Below are positions 1-12,559 of a DNA stretch of 64,000 nucleotides, piece after piece. The stretch's first letter is position 1. Every line of letters begins with the position of its first letter. A program made the position numbers and the translations under genes. The notes under the pieces are model-generated. The model did not search any database and was not told the origin of the DNA. It saw only the letters and a program-made list of their open reading frames with translations. Source of the DNA: Pelomyxa schiedti (lineage: Eukaryota; Protista; Evosea); contig JAHLWZ010000310.1 of assembly GCA_020536535.1 (NCBI GenBank), forward strand, positions 1 to 64,000. Reading direction: 5' to 3'.

Positions 1-139
1 CCCTTGGAATCTCTGTCTTGGACGTGCATATGTTGTTGTGTCCTGCAATGGTTGGGCTGGAACCTGCTGGATAATAAATGGTGGTTGATACCCTGGGTTT
101 GTAATCACTGGGTATGAGGTAAGTAACGGCAACATTGGG

Positions 140-1248
140 CTAGTGGTGCCTCCTAGAACTGGCACTGCTTGTGGGATTGGTGCTTGACATTGGGCGATGG
201 TGTGGGGGAACCCTTGTGCTCATTGTTGCAGGTGTATATAGTTGGGTCTCACTTAGTGCTGCCATTTGGGGCATGCTGCTGTGTGGGTCCTGGACTTGTG
301 CCATCTGGCTTGTTGGGGGTGTCATCATCTGTTGGCTAAGGGATGGGGTATTGCTGGTGGTGAAGCACTGTGCGTTGGTGAGAAGTATGCACTGCTCCTC
401 TGCCTTGGCCTTCTGCTTGTCCAATTGTTCTGCCAGCCTGTCTATTATGCCTTCTATTGCCTCCATCTTCTCTCTGATCTCACTCTCACGCCTTTCCTGT
501 CCTGTGGTTCCGGGTTTCTTCCCTGCCTTCTTGTTGTTGGGCTGGTGTCCAGCAGGAGGCACACTTCCCCCTCTTCTCATACTCCCCATCCTGTTCCTCC
601 TCTTCCAGCTCCCCTTGAGTGATGAATGTGTTGGCCCTGTTCCCTTGTTGTGTGTCTTCTCCAGCAATCCTAATGGCTTCTTCCTCGTTAGTGGCCTTTG
701 CTGCCAGGTCTACCACCAATGATGCCCCACCTGCCCAAGTGACTAACTACAGCTTGCAGAGCCCTCGACAGTCCCTCCTTGATCCTCCTGGTCAGTGAAT
801 GCTCTGATATGTCTGGCTACAGCCAACGCCATTTCATCTCCATCATGCGAATGTAGTCAGATGCAGGCTCACCCGAATATTGGTGCCTCTTGGATAGCTT
901 CTGCTTGTACTTCTCCCTCTGTGCATCATCAACATAAGTCTCCCTGAAGTTGTAAATCATATCAGTACACCCCAGGTCAGCAGGTAGTCCTTGCATCCAA
1001 CTATTGGCTGGTCTGTCCATCGCCAGACAGAATTCACTCACCGCCTCTGCATCACTCAGCTGTCTACTGCGAATATTATTCTCAAATTCGGCAATCCATT
1101 TCAACACCCTGCCAGTCGACATGTGAGTTGGGTTGATGGTGTCCAAAATATGTCTACAGATACTAGACTGACCGTGCACCAGAGTGAAGGTCCTGTTTGC
1201 TAACATTGTGTCTGTGTCTGTTGGGAAGAGCTGAAATACTTCCCTCAC
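140..1248 (-). mobile_element. Degenerate LTR-retrotransposon gag (Ty3/gypsy-like capsid), disrupted
   Basis: ORF 817-1248 shows a retrotransposon-gag-like pattern (KWIAEFE..AMDRPANSWMQGL..FRETYV..Q.SGEPASDYIRMM). The frame reads on past the TAG (PDISEHSLTRRIKEGLSRALQ) and then frameshifts into further fragments. Intronless, unlike host genes. Confidence 0.7.
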
Positions 1249-1249
1249 C

Positions 1250-2392
1250 TGCAGAGATCAAGAAAGGATTCTATTATTTGTTCTGTTTGTTTGTTGTTTG
1301 TTTTGAGGTTTAAGTTGTGATTCTAAGGTTGGAGTGTGTTGGGGTTATAAGAACTTGAAAAAGACTTGAAATCAAGGTGAACTTGATTTCTTAAGATGTC
1401 AGGTCTGAGTGCTGAGTCAGCAGGCCAGTCTCTCAGTTTGCTTGTGTATTCTACTGAATCACACAACCTGTGATTTCCTCTTGAAAAACCACCCCAGGTT
1501 ACATATTGCTTCCATAAGTGTTAAAGAAGAATGGAGGCTTCAGCTAGTGAAAAATAACTTTTCCTTGTGTGTTTACTTCCAGAGACCCACCCAAAAATGG
1601 CTCTCTTTGTTCGCACATTTTTGGGTGGTTTCCTATTTCCGATATTGCCTGTTGGATCGCAACAAGCGTTCCGATATTGCCTGTTGGATCGCAACAAGCG
1701 TTCCGATATTGCCTGTGGTGAGACTGAAATATTCATTTTGCCTGTGGTTTTTTGGTGGTTACACCATATGTGTGTTTTGTTGTATTCTGTTTCATTTTTT
1801 TGTAAAAAATACCGTAGTGTGTGATTCTGTGAACACACAGGCAAACTGTGTGCAAGGCACTCACGAGACTCGAGACTGGACACTCAGAGGCTGAGTCATC
1901 ACTTACCAAGTTCAGAAATCAAGTTCACAGAAAGATCATCGAGATACCCAAGACCTTTCCCTTGACTTTAGAATCCTTTATAAACACACACCATGTTCAC
2001 CTCATTTCTATACAAAAATATACAAAAATCCCAATACAAATACACAAACACAAAAACCTACACCCAAATGTATCCATCCATTCCAAGATGAATAAAATAC
2101 TTTGTGCCTCTTTGTTCTCTTTTGGTGCAGTTTCCCACCCACTGAAGGAAACTGTACTGACTTCTCTAGGTACAGTTCTAATCCCTCACTGATGGATTTC
2201 TGGGAGAACTACTTAGAACTGATTCTAGTGCCTTTATAAGGCGGAAACAAACCATTGCTCAGTGAAAGCAATAAACAATAAACTCCCCAAGTTTCGATTT
2301 CCACGAACTTGATTTCCTAAGATGCAGCACCAGTGCTCTCTCGATGTTTGTGCTCGCAGAGAGTTTGCTTTGTGTTGTTGTACAGTACAACA
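1250..2392. repeat. Cluster of three related LTR-like sequences (minus from 1465, plus from 1818, minus from 2392)
   Basis: Each begins TGT when read in its own sense. All share GCAAACT and GAAATCAAGTTC blocks (the latter at 1379-1390 rc, 1915-1926, 2305-2316 rc) followed by a TTATAA box. The plus copy has AATAAA at about 2091. 3' ends are not defined. Confidence 0.5.
1637..1716. repeat. 32-bp tandem repeat, 2.5 copies (TTCCGATATTGCCTGTTGGATCGCAACAAGCG)
   Basis: Identical units start at 1637 and 1669, with a partial unit at 1701-1716. Confidence 0.95.
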
Positions 2393-2476
2393 AAAGGAAC
2401 ACAGAAATTAGGTAAAAACTTTGGTTGTTTCCTTCAAGGTTTTTCAGGTTTGTTGTCCTTAATCCAGAAGGAACCC

Positions 2477-5400
2477 TCACACCAACCCTGGGAAAGGCAG
2501 TTGAGTTGATGGAAATGTAAATGGAGAGGGTGACCAATACCATCGCTCTGTATCAACTGTTCAATTATCTGGAAAGCGGGTGATTCGGCAATGTTGAGTG
2601 AAGGCTGTTGTATTTTAAGTTCAAGGAGCTGGTCCAGCTGCACCCGGAGTGCTTTGATAAGAACCTTTGGGTACAAATAATTAAGAATGTGGAGGGTATG
2701 AGTAATAGGGAGGTACTGCAATTCTTGGTGTTGCATGGAACTTGATCCACTTGTTTAGTACAATAAATGCACCACTGTGATGAACTTCGATTGTTCCACC
2801 TCCAAGAAGCAGTAAGCTATAGGCGTTTACCATAGTGTTTTCTCTGTGTGATGTGATTTGGAGTCGAGTTGAAAGAGGAGCTGAGTTGTGGTACTTGATA
2901 AATACTTTCCCAGATTTCTGTGTTTTACTCAGATAAACAAGCCATGGAGTTTCAAATACACCATATACAAAGTTGACAGACTGAGGATGCAGGAAGACCC
3001 TCTCTATCAATCTGTTAAGCTGAAGTAGTGTATGTGCAATTAACACACCCCGTGTTTGTAGAACAAACTTTAACTGTTGTGGCAATGGATTTTGCAGTAC
3101 CGCTCCACTACGAGATTCTACAAACTTATCCAGGGGGGCATCCACTCTTACTACATTTGGATACAAACCAGCACAGACAACGGCCTAGGCAGGAAATCAG
3201 CTGTGATGTTTGATTTGTGTGGGAAGGGTCATACACGCAGGGTTCGAAGGTCTTGCCCATTCCTGTTGTGGGTGGCAAGTGCACTGTTGCTGGCTGTGCT
3301 CTTGGCATTCACACATTCGTTTAGAGCCCACACAGGATCAAGAAAACCAATATCGGCCATAAGTGTTGCAAGCTGTTTCCTGGTATCAAATATCTCCTTG
3401 AGAACACCAACAGACAGACCATTCTGATAGAGCACTCAGTGAGTTCAAAGAAAGCAACAAGCAATCTGTCACTTACTTTTGAAATATAATCACTATCTTT
3501 TCGCTGAAGACGTGACTCCAGCCATCCATTGTATAACCGTAAGTTTACAATGGAGTCACTTTTGCATCCAGCAAGAGTGATTCTTGCCTTATCTCCACTC
3601 TGTAGAGCCCTGCTGAATAAAAAAAAAGAGAGATGGAGAACTCACTGCCCGCTTCTCGATTGAGGAAAGAAAAATAGAGCGGCTGACACTAAGTGATGCA
3701 GCCATTGTGAGAGTGGCATCGGTACAACCGAGAACAACACCAAATATGAGCATCTTCCCGATAAGAGGGTCAACGGGAAGTAAAGCTAAATGGTGGCCCT
3801 ACAGAGTCCTGTGTGAGTATATATGAACTTCGATTTGGTGGGGAGCAAACAAGTGGTGTCAGAGAATCAGATCCACAATTTACTGATTGGAGGTAGATAA
3901 ATAGAAGGAAAGTTGGAGTATTAGGGAGAAGTAAAGGTATAGTACTAACCAGCAGCAATCTCTCGTAAAAAGTTCATGGAACCAGTAATTGCAGCAATGG
4001 AAGGAGGAGTTGGAGCAGATAAAAGAACTTCGGCAACAGAACCTCCCAGTGCCAATTTCATCACAGACAAGCAAAGAGACTGAAGAGATATGTTAAGAGA
4101 TAAGTAGAGATAAGTATGGAAATTCTCACCTCAATCGGAGCTCTTAAAATCTCAGGAAGATCGGAATTTACAAGTTTGGAGGGAGCAAACAATTGTATGC
4201 ATTTACCAGGTCTTAAGCGTCCTGCTCGACCCATTCGCTGTCTGAAAAGAGTTCACATATTTATATTGCTAGCCAGTTCCATACTTTGCACTGGACAGAG
4301 AGATCCAAGTTTCAATCATTGTTGATATGTGTGTCTCAGAGTTGTAATGCACTACATTGGCACGGCCAGTGTCAATTACAACAGTTGTATCATCGATTGT
4401 AATCGAACTTGTGAAAAGAGTTAAAGGGGAAATAAATCCCTCCTCACTCTGCTACCTCTCAGCAATGTTGGTTGATAAGATCACCTTGATTAAGCCAGGT
4501 GGTGCGGGTAAAAATATTCTTTNNNNNNNNNNNNNNNNNNNNNNNNNNNNNNNNNNNNNNNNNNNNNNNNNNNNNNNNNNNNNNNNNNNNNNNNNNNNNN
4601 NNNNNNNNNNNNNNNNNNNNNNATCGAACTTGTGAAAAGAGTTAAAGGGGAAATAAATCCCTCCTCACTCTGCTACCTCTCAGCAATGTTGGTTGATAAG
4701 ATCACCTTGATTAAGCCAGGTGGTGCGGGTAAAAATATTCTTTGTTGTCCTGGTGCAGGTAAATTATTGTATGGGAAAAAAAGGAGTAAGGTACTCACTC
4801 TCTGTAGATAAAGACGAGTGGAGTGGTAGAATAAACAGCTTAGAGACAATTGATAACTTCCTTTGCAATGCAATTATATCTGCCATCCCAGGTAAGAAAA
4901 CGAGTATGGAACCACAATCATGGAGGTTGTTGTCTGTACACCTAGTGTGCCACTTTAGCGGTGGTTATTGGGTCCCTGCTCAGCACAGACCACAAAATTA
5001 CTTTTTCAACTAGCTCTAAATCAACCCTCTCTCGTTTCCACGACTGAACGCCTGGTTCAGTGTGCTTTGCATCCCCAGTTGAATTCAAACTCGTCGAGGT
5101 GCTGAAAGATATTCCACAAGCTTTTCTCACTGTATAAAGATCTATTGTACTGACAGGAAAAACTTGCCCTGGTATTTCAATACATTGAGCCCCACAAAAA
5201 TAGTTTCGCAGTTCAGAGATATCCACTGTGGCACTCATAAGTACTACCCGTAGGGCTAAAGGTAGTGTCAATAGAATCTCAAGAGGAATTTCTTTAAACC
5301 ATGGTTTTGGGTAAGCACCCTCTTTAATAAGAGCAACAAGAAGTCAGTGTCAATATCACGTTCATGAACCTGAATGAGAAGTGTGAGTATAAATTATTTG

Positions 5401-8336
5401 CTAGCACAAACAAAACACATTACCTCATCTACAATGATATGGGTAACCCTTGATAAGTATTCTGGGTTTTGCAACTTTCTCAGTAACACTCCTGTGGTGC
5501 AAAATAACAACTTTGTTCTCTTGGAGGCTCTTGACAGCAGCCTTATTTGATAGCCCACACAACCTCCAACTTCTTCACCTCTTTCTGATGCCACACGTTC
5601 AGCTATCCCCATTGCTGCTATACGTCGTGGTTGGGTTGCCACAATATTCACTGTGTCAAAGATTGAGGCACCGCATAGCTTGGCTGAGTCAAGAAGCATT
5701 TGCGGAATTTGGGTCGATTTTCCACAACCCGTGTGCCCTTGGATTATGGTAACCTGTAATGTGTTAACTGTGAGTGAGGTGAGCTCTGACAACCTGGCTG
5801 TTTGCAATTGTGCTAAGTATTTCAGCACAACAAAGGTTAGCAGGCAGAGATCTTTTGGAGGGTGGCATGACTGTTAGCATTGCGCCAATGTCACTAGGGA
5901 GAATGACATTAGGTACAAGGGAGACCAGAGATGAATTCTGACTTGGCTGTGTAGGCTTGGTATTTTAATGCAGAGAATGAAAGAATTCTTCATACTTGAG
6001 GGGCTATCTCTGTTTTGGGGGGTTCCACTGTGGTTCCAGTACTGAGAGGTGCTGATAAGCTAACTGGAGCAGCAGTGGCAAGATTCCTATTTGAGGACTC
6101 CAACAGGATTCGATCGAAATCGTTTTCCAACCAGGTAATTAATTCATATAGCATCAGGGCTCCAACTAACTCCTTTGTCTTCTTGGAGATTCTTTTATTG
6201 TGGTGTTAACTTCTTCACTAGAAAACAGTAAAAAATTAAGACCTGGAGGTGATGAAAAAACATTGCGCAGGTGGAAGATTGCTTGACTCAAAAATGACCA
6301 CAGGAGGAGATTGAGGGTAGGCACAATCAGGACCTACAACACTGTGAAGCCAGGCTTCGACCTACTGATCCAGTGTTTTCTTTATTAGTTATTCCCATTA
6401 TTAGAGGGGTGAGGCACACCTTTGTAATAGGCAATTTTAGACTGCAGTACACATTCACAGATGGTAATGTGTTAACACTGTCACCATATATAGCACGCAG
6501 AGCTTCAATTTCTTCTGTGAATAATGTATTATTGACAAGGTTGGCATTCTTTTGAGTGTCAGATGTTTTTTTCCTTAGCTTTTATTTTTACTTGATTGCT
6601 GGAGGAAACACTCCCATTTTCTTCATTTCCATGAGGCACAGAGAGCCCAGAGAGGTAAAATGCACTGCAAATGATATTGGGAATGCTTTCTGATTGCTTG
6701 CAGCATGTTGCAATTACAGCGTGGGAAAACCCAGCTCTGGAAAGAATGTTCATGGCCTTACAGTTGTCATTTCCAAGTTTTTTTCAAATATTCATGGTGG
6801 AGCATACAATCTTTTGATTTGGGCTTAACTCTTTTTGCAGTATGTCAAGGGAATGGTTTCGACCCTGATCTCCCCGAGTAGGTGGAGGAGTTGTTGACTT
6901 GGGTACAATAACTACAGGGCTGTTTCCTGCCTCAAATCGTTTTGGCAGAGCTTCCTCTGGCTGAAGGGGTCAACAAATACATTGCAGCAGAATGCTGTTT
7001 TTTGCTTACTAGATTCAGACATAGCCAATCCAAAGCAGTTGAAACTGAGTTGCACTGAGAAGAAGCTTGTTCTGCATGGATTGGAGAAAATCCCATTCGT
7101 GTGAGGACCCGGGCCAACCAAGCAGCATGTTCAGGGGCTATACAATTGCTTCAGTGATGTTTGTGGTCTGTCTAAAGTTACATGTAGGAGATGCCGTCAT
7201 GGTAGATGGGACTGTTGCTTTAGCCATGGCTTCAATCGCAGTTCGGGCTTGCTCACTCATGAAAACCTGTTTAACTGGTTAATATGTACTTGAGTTACTT
7301 GCCAATGGTACCTGAAAGTGTTTGTGTGCATGCGTCTTCTGGGGGATTGCTGCCAGTGCAGCCATTTCAGCAGCTTCTTTTTGTTTAAGTGCAAGGTCTT
7401 GCTCTTTTTTCTCTGCTTCCAGCTGAAACCATATTTCCCTGAATTCCTAAATGGAAATAAGAAGATTCAAGTCTATGGTGAGAGGGGCAGAAACTGGAGC
7501 AATGAGCTGGTGGAGTGGTACATCAGAGCGCAGCTTGAATAACAGTGCCACAGCGGCCGCGTGCCTTGCTTCTTGAACATTACTAGAGCATACTGGTGGT
7601 ATGGCTTCCTGGCACACATGACCATTAACATTTTTTCTGTTGTGTTTGCTTGGTTGTATTTTCATTGTTTTTGTGTGAATGAAACAGGCAGTTAAATGGA
7701 GGAATGCCAAACCACAATGGACTTATCAGGCATCACCAGCGACGCTCTGCATAATAAAGTCGCCGCCGCAGATCCAACACCACAGCCACTGCTGCCACTA
7801 ACACCGCTACCACCACCACTACTGCTACTACTACTACTCGTAGAATGACTCACCACTGTCGCAGATCCGGTGTTGTTCTGCTGCAGCTGCAGCAGCTGCA
7901 GCAGCTGATGCGCAGCAGGGTGCCCGCGCACGCGAGAATATTCCCTGTGTGAGCGAGGGACCGGGATGAGATCTATCCTGAGATTGGACTGGGGCACCCT
8001 GAGCCTGTCGCAGCGCTCGCGCAGCAGCGTCAGGGGCGTCTTGCCGCTCCACGACGCGCGGCGGGCGCGGTCCGCCTCCTGCCGGGCTTGCTGCTGCTGC
8101 TCTTGCTGTTGCTGGAGCTCCATCTGCTGTTTCTTGTGGCTCTTGGCGGCGTACTTGGTGGTGCTTGTTGTTGCTGTTGTTGCTGTTGTTGTAGCGGTGC
8201 ACGTGGACGTGGCGGATGGTGGGGAACGACCGCCGGAATTGTGGGACGAGGCGGTGCTTTTGGCGGCAGTTGCCTGCGTTGATTTGGGCGGCTGGGGGGT
8301 CGGTGGCGCCTTGTGCCCTTTGTTACCCTTGGGCAT
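2477..8336 (-). CDS. DEAH-box RNA helicase, DHX57/DHX29/YLR419W-like (multi-exon)
   Basis: Spliced motifs GHTGCGKSTQIPQ, TQPRRIAA, CTTGVLLR, IIVDE|VHER, LMSAT, LVFLPG, STNIAESSITIDD, QRMGRAGR, HA2 region (GHHLALLPVDPLIGKMLIFG) and OB-fold (AGLYPNV, FLHPQSVN). N-terminal WSGKTP segment. Stop TGA at 2477-2479. Confidence 0.88.
4523..4622. other. Assembly gap (100 N) with about 120 bp duplicated on both flanks
   Basis: 4402-4522 is repeated identically at 4623-4743. The helicase splices cleanly if the copies are collapsed. Confidence 0.9.
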
Positions 8337-8528
8337 CTCGCCTGACGATCAGATACGCTGCGATTTGAAAATGAAACGTACTCGTTCTAAGCTTTTTGTT
8401 CTCCTAGAACCAGAAGCACAATCAGTTCCCTCCCCCACCAGTGCCCTGAGATAGCAGTGCGAATTTCCATTTCCAGGGGGTTTATTTTGCCTCAAACCGG
8501 GAGGGAAGAAGAAAAAAAGTTTGAGGTG

Positions 8529-11095
8529 ATGGACGAACGAGCGACCCCAAGTTGGTGCCACGACACGCCGGTCCCTGTGTACAACTTGCGCGTTCCGGGT
8601 GTCACCTCGAGGTTTTTTTTTTTTTAACCGTTTACGTTTGCGTTTCCGTTTCCAGCGTTATTATTAGTGTTGGTGATGGCAAGAAGTATGCAATAGTATT
8701 CTACAATGGAAGTTTCAACCCATTTCACCCTGGTCACCTGGAGACCCTTATTTTTGCCAAATTGTTCCTTGAGAATGAACTGCATGTTTGTGTTCACCTT
8801 TATCTTTTTTTAACCACTAACCATCAAACAACAAATTAGTATGAAGTTATTGGGGGCTATCTTTCGCCCTGCAGCCCTCTTCATGCTACTAGAAAACTGG
8901 GCTTACAGAGGTCTTTCTATCTATCCCCAGTATTAATTCCCATAGGAAATAGGCTTGAGACTCGGCACAGGATGAACATTTGCCACCTGGCCGTTGACCC
9001 TACTGGTTGGGTCATGGTGGATCCTTTTGAATCTGTCCAAAACAGGATATGCCCGAAAACTGCATACCTTTCTCTCAAGAAAAGGTTACTTGCCAGTGTA
9101 CCACAACTGTGAGCTGTCTTCTTTCTTGGGCTGTCTTACTTTTTTTCCTTTTGAAGAACATCACTGGATATCACTGTATTCTGGCTTGGAGGGGTAGACA
9201 ATACTTGGTACATGCGCCAAAACAACATTCACCAGTTGGTAGGCAGGGATGTCAGTTAGATAGGTCTAATCTTCAAAAAGTTGATTTTTAGAAAAGGATT
9301 CGAGCAGAGAGCACAAACCCTCAAGTCTCAGCATATGCAATTACATTCAAGGTAGCAAATTACTGAGTTTGTGACTCATTTACCTAAGCAGATTTCCTTC
9401 CAAACTTTTTTTTGTAGTTGATGTCGATGACAAAGGAATTTCTTCCTCGTCTATTAGGCAGGGGCTTCAATTAGACCAAACTTATCAATGTAATGCCTTA
9501 TGTTATTTCTTCACTGACTTGGTTTTAGCCCTTCCAAGTGTACTACAATACATGAAAGAACACTTCATCTATCACACTCCCCCAGAAGTCTCGTGGGCGA
9601 AAATTGCTGAGGAGTTGAACATCAATGATCTGTCTCATTCCTTAGTCAATTCAACATCTCTGAAAGATGCAGTACTCTCCCCTGGTATTGAGATAGTCTA
9701 ATATATTTCAGTCTCCGGCTTCCCTACTACCAGTACTAGAGCAGCTCCTCAAAGCGTGCTCACTAATGCCACAGTCATGTAGACTCATCAAGTTCAATGG
9801 GACAAGAATGGAGCGTTTTAAGGGCTTCAGGTCTGCCATCCTCAGAGTGTCTGATCTTATTTGTTCCGAGGTATCTCCCGGCTTTCACTTTGTCAGTGAC
9901 AGTGATGTAGGGGGAAGAGCAGTCACCTTTGCAACCATCATCATTTGTGATAAAATGTTTTCCAATTCGGAATAGGTATGCCTTCGATCATCACCTCATT
10001 TTACGAGCTTTTGTCTGCAGAAATGTGGCAGAACACTGGATGCGTGAATTCCTTTTTTTTACGAGAATCGCTCCATCCTTGGTATTCACTCCACTTCCAA
10101 AGAGTTGCTCACTCAGGAGCTCCAAAGGGTTCGATTAGAGTACCTTACTGCCACTTTGCTTCACCGTCTTTAATATTACTTGAGGACTGCAGCGATGCTA
10201 TTCATAAAAAGTAGCCTGTCACGCTGGTAATACACTAACACTTACAGGTATGCTGTAGATGGCTGTTCTCTAGAAGAAGTTCTATGTCTTACTAGAAGCA
10301 TAGCTGAGTTCCATGGAGCTTTTTGGAATAATGAAGTTTTCTACAGTTACCAGAAGTACACTAACTTGGGAAAAAGGGCTTTGCAGATAGGAACAACTAC
10401 CAATTTGGATGGGTCAAACCAGCAAATGATGAAGATATGGTGGCGGAAATAATCAAAAACTTCGAGAGATTCAAAGGGGACTTAGACTTGTATCTACTCA
10501 AACAGATTTCTAAAACTCTAACGGAAACGAGGTCCGTTTACAATGAAGATTTCTTTCACTTCTGTAATACACCTACTATTTCCATTCCGGAATTATGCAA
10601 CCAAATACAGGCGAATTCTCCACACACACTAGTCCATGGAGACACATGGATCCACAACTGGTGTATCTTTCCTGACCGACTACCACAATTTGGTTAGTAC
10701 AGTGGAATTTTCTTCTTTCCTTGTAAAATTGTTCTCACTAAAAAAAAACAGACATTAATAGTCGGTTTTCTACAACGAACCACGCAAACCCCCCATACCT
10801 CCCTGTGTTCTTTGATTGGCAGACAATAGCCTATGGTTGCCCATTGCTTGACCTTGCAACTGTGGTGGATACCTGTCAGCAATATTCCCCGGCCAATCAG
10901 GCTACAATTCTATCAGTCTGGTATGACACTGTGTGCCGCTGTGGTGCTGATCAAAAGGCGTTCTCTTGGGACCAGGCACAAATGTTATTCAAATTGTGCA
11001 AAAGATGGTCTCTTGCTTGCAATGCTGTGGCTCTTGCTCCCCTTGCCCAAAAGACAAAGGACCCGGAAATAGCTGCTGATTTGCTGAACAGATAG
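8529..11095 (+). CDS. NMNAT-type (HIGH-family) nucleotidyltransferase fused to an EcKL/APH-like small-molecule kinase
   Basis: N-half: NGSFNPFHPGH, GGYLSP, GWVMVDPFES, ISSSSIRQG, VLQYMKEH. C-half: MREFLFFTRIAP, ILLED, AEFHGAFW, TLVHGDTWIHN, FFDWQ, GCPLLDLA. Joined in frame through GT-AG introns. Confidence 0.8.
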
Positions 11096-11203
11096 CAATA
11101 GAACAAAGGAATGAAGAATACAAAGGGGTAATGCATAAAAGATATATGATATCTTACCGGCTTTCTTTATAAATAACACAGTTTATTGCTGCTCGAGTGG
11201 TGT

Positions 11204-12329
11204 TCAGCAGCATTTTTTCTCCCTTTCAGTTCCAGCCACCTTTACAGTGTCTTTTGGGGGAGGGGGATTATTCTTCAGTTTCACAGCCAATGTTCTCGCA
11301 AGTGATTCAAAAAGTTGGTCAATACCTGCAGACATGTTTATAGTCGAAACAGGAGTTCAGAAAAAATACCTTCACCTGTTTTAGCAGATGTTTCGAAATA
11401 GGGTATCTTGGTGGCGTATTGTAAACTAGCAACAAACATCTGGCCTTGCTCAGCTGTTACTACTCTCCGAGGAGCATCAATTTTATTTCCAACTACGGCA
11501 ATGGCTAGTTGTCTTGGAATCAGTGGCAGGAACAACAAAAAAGAGAGAGAGGAGGGCAAGATATACCAATTTCGCCATTCACATGAGTTTTTATATCTAT
11601 AGATGTTTATTTCTGAGGAAGTTTCTTGAAGATGAAGAACCTGTGAACCAATCGTTCACGTCATTAAATGTTGTAGAATCAGACACATCAAACTAGAAGA
11701 ATTTGGAAGAAAAGAGAGAATAACAATGCTGTACATACAACAATAACTGCAGCTTGTGCTCCTCGATAATACCTTGGAGTTTTAGAAAGAGAATTCACAA
11801 ACATAGATAAGTGACAGTTTATGTTAAGGGCGAGGTTGGATGGAATGATACATAGGAGTCATTGACCGAAATTTCTCTTGTCCAGCAGTATCCCACTACA
11901 CATGTCAGTATTCAATAGGTACAATGGAAGCATACAATCTGCATGGATATGTTATTTATCCCAAACGTATGTTGTTAGGAAACCACCTGCAATTTCACTT
12001 GCATGTCTCCTACAGTACTGAAAAAATAATAAAATTAATCATAATAAGAAAGAAAAAAAAAAGGGGGTCAACAAACATGGATTTTGACAAAAAAGAAGCA
12101 CCAATTGTTGCCAAGTATTCGGTAGAAAATGTTTGATTCACAAATCTACCACTCACGCTGGTCTTCCCAACCCCTGCGTGTCATGTCCGTTACAAAGGCA
12201 CTGCCCACCACCACGCACGCGATTGTGGGACGACAAAGCAAGTAAAAGGGGAAAACCAAGCGAAACCATACCCGAGCTCCCTATCAACACAATTTTCGCC
12301 GCTACGCTGTTGGGATTACCGTGCGACAT
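11204..12329 (-). CDS. Rab GTPase (Rab5/21/22-like), includes a 3-nt exon
   Basis: GSSGVGKTS, TIGASFLSK, KLQ|I|WDTAGQEKFRSMTPMYYRGA, GNKID, ETSAKTG, C-terminal KKCC*. Confidence 0.92.
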
Positions 12330-12559
12330 CGTCGTTGTTTTGCGTTTTTCGCCTCTTTCCCCCTCTCTGAACTTCCACTGATCTTGGAACTGTGCACCAA
12401 CTTTGACATCTGGGAGATTGCCCTGCAGATCGGACTGCTCTCAGAGACTCCCACCGACACAGGACACTGTTGAATTCGCTCCGTCGGCGGCTCGAAAGTG
12501 AGGAACCGTTTTGAACGCCAGCGAAAAAAAAGAAAAAAAAACCAACGGTTAACGTCGGG

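Noticed and set aside
1637-1716. Possible CRISPR-like array
   Set aside because: Units are contiguous with no spacers, there are no cas genes, and the context is eukaryotic.
4402-4743. Apparent tandem duplication of a helicase exon
   Set aside because: Identical copies flank a round 100-N gap, so this is most likely an unmerged contig overlap.
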